Origin: Lytechinus pictus
Lineage: Eukaryota
Direction: 5' to 3'
Assembly: GCF_037042905.1 (NCBI RefSeq)
Contig: NC_087252.1
Coordinates: 19,656,001-19,720,000 of the forward strand
DNA: 64,000 bases
A program made the translations under genes and the position numbers. Each line of letters begins with the position of its first letter. Position 1 is the stretch's first letter. This document shows, one piece after another, positions 53,901 to 64,000 of this stretch. The notes beneath the pieces were generated by a model that was given only the letters and a program-made list of their open reading frames with translations, had not been told where the DNA came from and made no database searches.

Positions 53901-56900
53901 AAAATTATACTTACACAGGTAGTTTGTGGACCTGTTGCCAGGCAACCAGAACATATCTCATCGCAGCATCCCATGCTTTACACTTCACAAAATGGCGGCC
54001 ATGTTGGATGCATTCCTTCTGCATTGGCAAAAAATAAAGAAAACATTCTTTTAGAATATATATATTGGCACAATAGTGAGTGGATGATGTCATCTGTTCT
54101 CTCATTTGCATACTAACCTGTACGTGCAAAGAACTTTTGTGAAATTAAGTGAAATTTTACAATATCAAAACTTTTTTTTCAAACATGAGATTTTGATAAT
54201 ATTTTTCAGTTACACTTGCTTGATGTTTTTTGTTTTTATTCGGATCAACTTTCTGCTGAGTGGAATTGACCTTTAATATAAATAGTTGCAGATATAACAA
54301 GGATTGCATGTATAAAAACAATTAATTGTAATCATGTGTAATAGATCTACATGTAGATCAGATACATGAATACACATGTTTATCTACATGTAATATGGGG
54401 GGTGTTTCACAAAGAATTAAGTATGACTTAGAGTCGCAGTTAAATGCCGAGCTGCATTCGGTGTAAAAGGCATTGACTACCACATTGGTCAGATCATGCC
54501 AAGAGGACACGCACAAAGTTATGCGTATTGATCAATAAAATTGCTTGTTTCATATCATGTATGCATCTTTGTGAAACAACCCCAGGTGTAATTGCTTGTG
54601 GTGCATGTGCCACGAGTCTGCTACACAGGCGAGACAAAAATGATCACACTAAAGATCACTAACACAGACAAGCACATCTGGGGCTGGTATATTGCCATGG
54701 CTTGGAAAACGACCCTAAAATTTCTCAAGAATATGCATTTGTCACCCAAAATCATTCAACACATCAACACTTAAGCAGTAATTTCACTGGATCCTATTTG
54801 AACTTATTCATATTTTTTTAGATAGGTACCACTATATAAAATGGGTTCGACAAATTTAAAAAAAACCTAAATAACCCACGACATCTTTCAATTTTAATTT
54901 CAAAATTTCGACAAATATCATTCTTGTCATTTGGTTGGCCACTTAATTCCCTCTAGCTCAATAATAAAAAATATATACATTTACATTCAGCCATGAACTA
55001 CTACATGTACATGTAGCTACTAGCTCATGCAGCATTTACTTGACAGCCAGTTTGGACATGCATATTTATATTCCAAACTGCAATTAGTCCCTTCATAACA
55101 TCAATTAAAATCAATACTATATCCCCCATCTTCCTCCCACACACACACACACACACTCACACAACTACTTTCTTTCCCTTCAAACTACCTGCATTACATG
55201 TATAGATCTAGCCCAGGTATTAGAGGTTGTGTCATAAAATTAATCCATCAACACATCACACAACCATGAATGCTTCACACAGTGCAACTTAATCCCTCTT
55301 TACACCACTAACCATTCACCAATGCCCAGTCTATAAACAATGGCTGGCAAGGGCTCCCAACAATTCCCTCTCCACCTATTCACAGATGACCACCTCTGGA
55401 CAATAGTCATCCAGATGACTCAGGCCAAGATACAATGTTTGGTCAAGATTAACAAATGACCAATACTGTGGATTCAGAAAATCCTATACAGTAGCTACAA
55501 GGGACCACCATTATTAAATGCTTTGAACATTGGTCATTGTTGTGCTAAGCTGAGAGACTTAACTTGTTATAACAATTAATGAGAATAAAAGGGGGGGGGG
55601 GGGCTGGAAAACGAATGCTAATACCTCCAAGTATCAGCTACATTTCTGTAGTAATGCAACACAGAAAAGGGGTATTCAGCTATTAAAGAGGGAGACCTTT
55701 CCATCTATTATGTCAGCCTGATAATTTCATAATTTCACAACTTTTTTTCCTTTTTATGATTTTCTCCCTCCCAGCTTTCGGAGATTTTATATGCAATCAC
55801 CAACGTCTCCACATATTTCACTTCCCTAGATGCACATGTATGTTATGAAGTGCAGATCAAAGTGCAGTATTTGGATCTTTCTTAGGGTCAAATCAACAAT
55901 TGCTGTATTCTCGATTTACATTGCAACATATAGAGCTAGACTTTTGGTTTGTATAAATTTGAGCTCATTAACGTGGGCTAGCCGACAAAAACATTTTGAA
56001 GCTTGATTATAGCACAATTTCCCAGGAGTGTTTATCATGGGAAGATTCAGTCAATTCAATCTCAATTTTACTTACCTTGAATTTGATAATGTGTAGTCGG
56101 ACCTGTCTATATGTGAACGCACTACGAGATGAGCTTAGTCTCTGCCGTGGCATAGCCCTGTAGATATTATGGAGCAGTTCACATATTTCTTCCTCGCATG
56201 ACGATATATCGGGCTCTGGTATTAAATCTTGGAGGTCCTGAAAAAAAGATGAAGAAATATATTTGGTTTAGTGCTGTTTCGATAATATTGTAATACACGT
56301 ACACTACAGTGTATGTTTAAAATGAAGAAATGCTTGGCGTACTGATCAAACTAACTTTTGACTTAAACTTCACCAGGGCATCTCACACTGTATCACTGCT
56401 ATATTGTTTCAGGACAAAAGAGAATAAAAGAAAAGGAAAAGAGAGACAAAACTTTCATTTTTTAAATAAATATTCTGTCAAAAAAACAAGATTTTCATAA
56501 TTAAAAGGTCATTTTTTTTTAACTCACTTACTCGACTGCAACTTAATATTGCCCATACAGCATCATCATGTCTGACCTCCTCAAAAGAGCTGGGCTCATT
56601 ATGCTACTCACGATTATTACTTTTATTGGTCAGAATCATGAAAAAAGTACCTCTTCAAGATCAGGATGTTGTTTGAGCAAGTCACCAACGACTGTTGCGA
56701 GCTGATCGGCCGTCAGTGCCCTCAACCGTTTCACCAGGTCAGCTGATGTCTCCCTCCTCTCCTTCCTCGCTTTCTTAGCCCTCCGTAACCACGAAACACT
56801 CTCCTGTAGGATGCTCTCCTCTGCAGAATCAAGGTGGCTGTAGTAGCCCGATGATTGGTTGATGTTGCGTTTCCGTGGCGACGACCGGGGCGATGATCGA

Positions 56901-58918
56901 CAGGGTGAGGAAGGACCGGGGGTGCTGGACATCGGGGGTTTGAAGTCATCAAAGGTCGGCGATACTGGGCGGTCAACATCTAGAAAATGATTTAAAGCAA
57001 TGTTTTACAACATACATGTAGTACAACATTCACCCTTTACACTACTGGGAGAATTTACAGAGGGAGGAGGGAAACTTTTCTCCATTTCACATAATCGAAT
57101 GAAAAAAAAAGTCAATAAATGAAACAAGATGTTGAAAATCTCCAGTTTTTCACTTGAAAAGCAGTCAATTTTCAGGGTCTTCTTGATAATCAGGGAGACT
57201 TGGCACCCCAGGTATAAGAAATATACAGTTGCAACAACAAAACATAAACTCTTGTTTACAGTCTATTTAATACTTTCTTAATATTGAAGAATAAAAAAGA
57301 CTCTTCTATACTTTTGAGTTATTTCCTTGTCTCCAGTATGCGAAGATTCAGGAGTCAGTAAAAAAGAATAGACAGAGGATGGAGGAGAAACGGGTGACGA
57401 GTGAAAATTTGAGGGATTTCAAATTTCAATCACCTCATCATAAGTCTAAATTAATGAGGATTTCCATAAAGTCATATGATTTTATATCAAACTTGCCTAA
57501 CTACTAGTGAATGGAAAGACTGCGGAAGGAAAGTGAACCAAAGCTCAAACCTTATTTTCATTAATTTGCCTGTATCATTATATAGGCTACATGCTTTGTG
57601 CATGATTACATATGGTGTCCACCATCTAATTACAGTGTCTACCCCCCCCCCCCGGATCCGGGGGGGGGGGGGGGTACTTAGATTTGGTTTGGACGGGGTT
57701 GTGCGGCTGAAGGTTAAAAACCCATACCCATATTTACAGGTCATTTTGGCTAAAAAGGTACCCATTATTAGGGATTTATTACAGGGGCAGATACAGGATT
57801 TTCCAAAGGGGGGGGGGGGGGCACATTTTCCCCTGGAAAATTTGACAAGACAAGTAAAAAAAAAAAATTTACAAATGTAAGGTCATTTCGTATTTGCACC
57901 TAAGACAGTGGAGGAGAATATGAACCCATGTTTAAGGCCATTATCTAAAAATTGGGTCCATGTTTAGGGATTTTCCAGCATAAAACCATACCCCATATTT
58001 AGAGATTTCTTCCATGCATACTTACCAGGGTAAAGCTGTAGTCTTCTTCTGGTTCTACCAGTTGCATAGAGATACTGGACCGGGGAGCAGAACAGCCCCT
58101 CTCCGCCCATTGCATGGATCGGGATCCTGGGTGGACGATCAGGGCTCATCGTGATGATGGTGGTATTCCCCGATCGCATTGCTCTTCCAATGTTAGCATC
58201 ACTGTCAACTGAAAAATATAAATGATAGGAAGAAAATTGTAATGACCTAGTTTTGCAAGGTCTCTTAAAACTAGATTTATTACACTTGAGTAGAATAATT
58301 TGTAGCAATGAGACACTGACACACATTATTGCTTCACTAAATTTATTTAGTGTGAGGTACTGCAAGTCCATCAATTTTTTTTTTATGACACAAACAGCTG
58401 GGAATTTTAAAGTGACAGATTTATTCATTCCTTTCACATTTTTCAATCATGAAAAAAAAATCAGTCAATCTCTGAAATCTCACTCGACCAGATCTCATTC
58501 TAGATTAATTAAAGATGACTTGAGCATTATTTAATAACAATGATCTTTTTCATTCTTGTATTTTTTTACACTCACTTTTTCTTTACTTTCACTTTAACTT
58601 TGTTTCTGACTTCTGTTGTAACTTTTCAACTTACTGTTTGCTTTGTCTGAATTTTAACTTAACATTGAATTAGTTAGCCTAACTTGGCCTTTGCTAAATG
58701 ACTTTATTTGTAGCGGCCCATACATCATGAATTGAGCCCACCAACTCTTGCTCTGGTTTTTAAATGGGCTAGGATAACTTTTTTTATTTAGAAATTAGAG
58801 GTCTACTCTGACCCTCTGTGAGTTTTATTCATAAACTTTTATCCAACTTACTGCTTGAAACAGGTAGCTCCCGTAAGACTTCAGGTCTCGAGTTATGATC
58901 AAACCTTCCTGGAAACAT
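50873..58918 (-). CDS. Cut8/Sts1-like protein (putative nuclear proteasome tether/import adaptor), ~351 aa, 7 exons
   Basis: Exons 58918-58852, 58208-58026, 56979-56651, 56237-56076, 54018-53915, 52390-52268, 50960-50873 total 1056 nt; all GT-AG, open frame, in-frame TAA upstream of the ATG. The C-terminal half (LRALTADQLATVVGDLLKQHPDL..IPEPDI..LLHNIYRAMP..SAFTYRQVRLHIIKF..W....Y...VHKLPVWECPAHNRLKTSCYLGLA) follows the Cut8-domain motif pattern as I recall it. Basic NLS-like patches lie upstream. Confidence 0.8.
52268..52390 (-). CDS. Cut8-like gene exon 6
   Basis: WECPAHNRLKTSCYLGLAAVCVESLRKGAFSLQTLQEFRP; tag/gtaaga, phase 2-2. Confidence 0.85.
53002..53202 (+). mobile_element. tRNA-derived SINE (third family); 3' fragment also at ~1820-1900
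   Basis: A box TAGCTCAGTCGG, degenerate B box, shared tail TTACAAGCATT.ATGCTTTCTTAGCAAT. Confidence 0.75.
53915..54018 (-). CDS. Cut8-like gene exon 5
   Basis: KECIQHGRHFVKCKAWDAAMRYVLVAWQQVHKLP; cag/gtaagt. Confidence 0.85.
56076..56237 (-). CDS. Cut8-like gene exon 4
   Basis: DLQDLIPEPDISSCEEEICELLHNIYRAMPRQRLSSSRSAFTYRQVRLHIIKFK; ttttcag/gtaagt. Confidence 0.88.
56651..56979 (-). CDS. Cut8-like gene exon 3 (Ser/Pro-rich, basic NLS-like, start of Cut8 domain)
   Basis: SPRSSPRKR...RRAKKARKERR...QLATVVGDLLKQHPDLEE. Confidence 0.88.
58026..58208 (-). CDS. Cut8-like gene exon 2
   Basis: ttttcag/gtaagt boundaries, open frame, phase 1-1. Confidence 0.8.
58852..58918 (-). CDS. Cut8-like gene, coding exon 1 (MFPGRFDHNSRPEVLRELPVSS)
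   Basis: caagATG context, gtaagt donor, CpG-rich upstream region. Confidence 0.65.
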
Positions 58919-59349
58919 CTTGAATGCGGCTCAGGCAACAGCTTTTCCACGTTATGTAAAGAAGAGTATGACTATGAGATCCCAGCTACGTCCTTCGCTT
59001 CGCCCAGCGGTCAAGCCAGCGGTGAACCCTGGATAACGACGGGGTCAAAAAGCTCAGTTCGAGCAGCAAGCCCGGCCCCCAATCGGAAACCTCCGCGATC
59101 AACGCAAAAATTATATTGTTAAAATCATACAACCATTGTAATCTCCTTTACCTAATCTTGACAGCAACAGTCATGAACATATATGTGGAATCAACGCAGT
59201 TTTAGAGGTAAATCTTGCCGTAAACGAGACCCAATAAGCCGCCAAAGTTCATGCTAAAAAGGCAGATCCTCTCTGCACGTTCCAGTCATCACCAAACAGC
59301 GCTAGTAGTACACAGCTCCTCGTCATAATATTAAAGGTTACCAAAAATT

Positions 59350-60420
59350 TTCTGTAGAATCTGATTTTTTGTGCTATTTCCCCTATTTTGAGGGTGCTGA
59401 ACGCGAATCTGGTTGTTGCCAAATTTATAAATGCCATCTTCGACCGTTGCCATGGCAACGGATTAATTTATCAAAAATAGCATGTATTCCCCTGTAAATG
59501 GTAGATAATCATGATATAAATTGGCCAATAGATTGAATTCAAGGTTCTGATTAAATAAAAATTAAATTAAAAAATATTTAAGATCATCAAAACAGTTCCA
59601 ATTGGCCTGTTGCCATGGTTACGGCTCATTTTTCCTCCAGAAAAGTAGAAATTTTGAATTAAAGTTGTCGAATTTGTTTTTGTGTCATTTTCCCTGCATT
59701 TAGGGTGTTAAACATAGGAGTGATTTTTGCTAAATGTATAAATACACTCTCATTCCATTTCCATGGCAACCAAATAATACCTAATTTGGTAAAAAAAAAA
59801 TAACATGGTAAAAAAAGATAATGGCGAGAAATACAATAAAAGCAACCTAATCTACATGCATTGGGTTTTCCCACACATTTAACGTTAGAACAAAAACTAC
59901 ATAAGTGTTATGCAGGAGTTTATTGGAATGATAGGAATTGATGTTGCCTTGACAATGCTTGAATTTAAAGATAATATCAATATTGCAAATTGGCCGTTGC
60001 CATGGTAACAGCTTAATTTTCTCAGAAAAGTATACATTTGATAAAAAATATTGTAGAATCTGAATTTTCTTTCATTTTCCCTAATTATAGAATGCTAGAT
60101 CTATATATGCTTGTTGCTAAATGTATAAATGCCATCTTAGGCCATTGCCATGGAAACCAAATAACATGGGGGGGATAATGGTGGAAAATACCATAAAAAT
60201 TACAATCTACATGCATAATACATACATACATAATACATATATAATAGGTTTGAACCATTCGTTTTATATTAAACAAAAAATACAGTAAGTGGTCTGCATG
60301 AGTTCATTAGAAAGAAAAGAATAGCTGTTGCATTGGTGACACTTGCTTTTAATATAAATATAAATACATGTATGAATGTTGCAAACCTCCCATTACCATG
60401 GTAACAGCTTATTTTCTTGA
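59350..60420. repeat. Degenerate ~390-bp tandem repeat rich in GTTGCCATGGCAAC-like palindromes
   Basis: Motif at 59446, ~59609, ~59757, ~59996, ~60144, ~60392 with matching contexts. Confidence 0.7.
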
Positions 60421-61424
60421 CGTAACATGTACTCAAATAAATTATCCAATTACACTCATTTTAATGATGGACAATCTTTAAAGAAAAATTGTACTTATTC
60501 TGCAGGAAATCCAGTATTGTAACTCCAAAATGACCGCAGATAGTAATTTCAAGTAAAGTGATTTTGGGTGATTTGTGTTAAAAAGAGTTCAACATAATAA
60601 GGGGGGTATACACTTGATGAATGAAAATAAAAAATCTATGACAGGACTCAGCAGGTGACGTGGTCGTGACCTCCTAATCTGAGATTATTGCCATATCCAA
60701 CATGGCAGCTGATGTCCATTTTGAAAAAAGTGAATTTAGAAATGTTTTCATAATTTTGGTTATGTATGGATCTATATCATGAAATTTCAACAAAACATTG
60801 GATGATCATTAAAAATCATATTGCACAAGTTTCAGGTCATATGATCAAGGTCTGCGGTCTTTTACTATCACCAAAATTGATCATGTTGTATTATCATCAT
60901 TGAATCTCATCAAGTTTCTGAAAGGGCAAAACTTTGAGAGTGCATATATATGAATCTATTTCATGAAACTTGGACATAACGGTATTAAACTATCACTAAT
61001 CTTTGTGCATGAGTTTCTGGTTAAAATTATGGTCAATGAACTTTGACTGTACAGTGGTATCAACATCAAAAACTTTACTTAGGTTTATTAATTTTCAAGA
61101 TAATTAGATATCATGTCACTAGGTGAAGGTCAATGGTTTTTTGAGGTAAAAAAAAACCCTCAGGATTCTATTATTAAATGAATGGGTTTTTCATGAAAAT
61201 CCTACATTGAGTCTACATTAAAAAAATGGAAGAATTTTACCATAGTATCCTCAAAAGGTGAGTTGTATCTAATAGGAGGCCAGGATTATGTCATGTCAAT
61301 TTGCCAAATAAACTTTGGAGTTAAATTAACAGCTTTCTATTAAAATAAATACATAAATTTTAACATTCATAGCACTTCTTCATGTAAACATGCTCAAAGC
61401 ACTTTTCAATATAACATAGCATTG

Positions 61425-61683
61425 TGGGGGCGTCGTGGTCTAGTGGTTATAGACTGTTTTTTTCAATCTGAGGGGTATGTGTTCGATTCCCTGCCAGGGT
61501 GTGTTTTCCTTCAGCAAGAAGTTTATCAATATTGTGCTGCACTAAACCCAGGTGAGGTAAATGGGTACCTGCAGGAAGTAAGTCAATAAAAAGCTCACGG
61601 TGAGCACCAGATGCGGTAGACCAGCTTAGCCAGGGTAATATAGGAGCACTATACAAATCCTATATTATTTTATTTATTATTAT
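61425..61683 (+). mobile_element. tRNA-derived CORE-like SINE
   Basis: GTGGTCTAGTGG, GTTCGATTCC, same body as 9653, (TTA) tail. Confidence 0.8.
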
Positions 61684-63399
61684 GAATAAAATGAATAATT
61701 TTACTCTTCAAGTGCTTACAATATATAATGTGGGTGTTACAGGTTTGTAAGCTTTTTAACAAATAATTGTACAGAAGGACATGAACGGTTTTTGAATACT
61801 GGGACCAGTGAAACTTATGCACTGTTGACCTAAGTTAGGGGATAGGAAAGGGTCTGGAAAACACCCCAGCATGAAATGTATTGTGGTGTCAGGCTATCAA
61901 TTGACAAGTAAACAAAGCAATTTTGTCTATAATTCTGTTTTTGACAAGTAGCAAGTGAAGCTCTTTGAACGAAGGAAACACATGATCATATTTTCTGGCC
62001 GTTGAAATGGTACCGACTGCTCAATTCTCAATGTGCTGTAGTGACCATTATCCTGGCTGCTGAACACCAGTGATTGAACAGCATGATGCCAAGCATCATC
62101 TGTCAATATCTTTCCGACCATTAATTAAATTAAGCAAATTTACTGGTTTAGTAGTTAATGACAAATTAATTTCAACCCCTAGAATTCTGACACATTCAGA
62201 ATTACCAATTAACTAATGAACATGGGCATGTAAATAGTGTCTACGTTTAGGAGTTTTTGTTCATTCAAGAGTAGGTTCAACTTTATTTCTTATCACTGAT
62301 TCATTAATTTCCTGAACACAATATTGTATAACAGCATTGTGAAAACAAGTTGCAGATTTGGGATCTAAAGAAATTAAATTCAACATTATTCTGCCTCAAA
62401 GTGTCCCCAAGTAGTTAAAAATACAGTGTGAAAAGTAAAAGTCCCAGTACAAAACCCTGAGGAACACCATTTTGCAACCCATGACCCTTTTTTTAATGGC
62501 AACCGACCGCCATTGGTTTTAAAGGCCAGGTCAGTGTGTCAAATGTAGTTCAGATTTTGATTTCTTGATTCTAAAACCCCCAAATAAATAAAACAACTAT
62601 CAAAATAGAATCACCCCCTAAAATTGTAATTTTTCAAAATGACAGACAGCTGTCAGGTTGAATTTTTCATGGCAGTAATCTCTTATTAGGCGGTCAAGTT
62701 TAGGTCGGTTTACTGTATGAACGTAAGATTTTAATTTCCTAACCCCCAAAATCCCCATATTGCTATTTTCATTTATAGCACAAATCAACCCAAATACTTT
62801 TTTTTTCAAACTGCCCACCAGCGGCCACTCTGGATATTTTTATTTTAGTCAATCTCTGTTCAGGAGGTCAAGACCACTTCAACTCATCAAATAGACTTAA
62901 GATTTTGATTTCCTTTTCCCCTATAAAACCCATTCTTTATAATATTTTGATCAGCTTTATAACAAAATCCACCCAAAATTTCTCTTCAAAATGTTTGCCG
63001 GCAGCCATTTTAAAGTTTTTAAATACAAATTTCATGGTCAGTATTTTTTCATACAATTAATTGCCCAGAAACAAATCATACATGAATGTAATTAGCAATT
63101 CTATTTCAGCCCATTAACCATTAGCTTTAAAATATAGACATTTGTGACCCTTAAATTTGGAGTTTGAAGTTGGGGCTAATTCAATTCAGCAAATAGATGT
63201 GACATGTCTATTTCTTCAAAACTTTACCCCTAAATCAATATTTCTGTCAGATTTCTGGGCCGAATGGCCCAAAATATTCTCAAAATGGTCTCTTGCTGAA
63301 TTCTCCCAAATTTCACAAACCCTTAGAAAAAATGGCATACTGATAATACTGGCTATTTTTTATAAAATTTTTTAGAGCACAAATGGTCAAAAATGGATC

Positions 63400-64000
63400 T
63401 TTACACTCCACATTCCTCACTTGAACCTGGGAAGCAATTTGCTAGGTTCAAAGGAATGGTTGTGCATCACAGACCATAGGTGGTTAGACAATAGGGTGAC
63501 CCTTTGATTGTGAGCAGAGCCATAAAGGGATTCAGTCGAGTGAAGGAAGCGACATCTTGTTTAGAGTCTCTTTTTGGCGGTTTGAAGAGGGTGATCTTCT
63601 TGCGTTTTTTTCCACCTGTGCTGACACCTCTCTTCTGATGTGTGGATGGGCAATACCACACAGTAGGTAGAGATCATCTGCTCTTGTTTTTGTCGCAGCC
63701 AGTAATTGCTCTGCAAGCAGCATTCAGGGCTGCATCAATCTTTGCAGCATGTGATGACCTAAAAGGGATGGGGACTGCATACTCAGCAGTCAAGTAGCAT
63801 AGAGCAAGAGCTGTCGCACGGATGGTTTTGACATCTGTTCCCATTTTGTGCTGGCAAGCTTCTTCAGGATGCTGTTCCTAGTTCCAACTTTAGCCTTTGT
63901 CTTGGCAACATGTTCTTTTTAGGTAAGGGAACTGTCTAGGGTGACGTCAAGGTAGATTAGCTTACTGTTGTTATCCAACCATTTTGTATATCATCAGACC
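63400..64000 (-). mobile_element. Degenerate Ingi/Vingi-clade non-LTR retrotransposon ORF fragment
   Basis: YLDVTLDSS..KEHVAKTKAKVGTRNSILKKLASTKW/TDVKTIRATALALCYLTAEYA..IDAALNAACRAITGC/LYLLCGIAHPHIRR with frameshifts; runs off the window end. Confidence 0.8.

Overview
AT-rich, intron- and repeat-rich animal genomic DNA, most likely a sea urchin (inferred from a decayed sea-urchin-type late histone H1 and the repeat landscape). I reconstructed three spliced protein-coding genes by hand, all with GT-AG introns and consistent reading frames. (1) A PKNOX/PREP TALE-homeobox gene on the minus strand: 10 coding exons, 12451->1325, ~522 aa, with a probable non-coding first exon near 27.2 kb. (2) Ribosomal protein eS19/RPS19 on the plus strand: 34932->40500, 147 aa, with a probable TCT/TOP first exon at ~31326, divergent from PKNOX. 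(3) A 7-exon, ~351-aa minus-strand gene (58918->50873) whose C-terminal half resembles the Cut8/Sts1 nuclear-proteasome tether domain. A histone H1 pseudogene lies just downstream of gene 3. The rest is dense with non-autonomous DNA transposons (Kolobok-, PIF/Harbinger-, piggyBac-, Ginger-, hAT- and Helentron-like, often nested), tRNA-derived SINEs, LINE fragments (RTE, L2/CR1, Ingi/Vingi), satellites and microsatellites. The palindrome TACATGTA is strongly over-represented. All family assignments come from pattern recognition; no database search was run.
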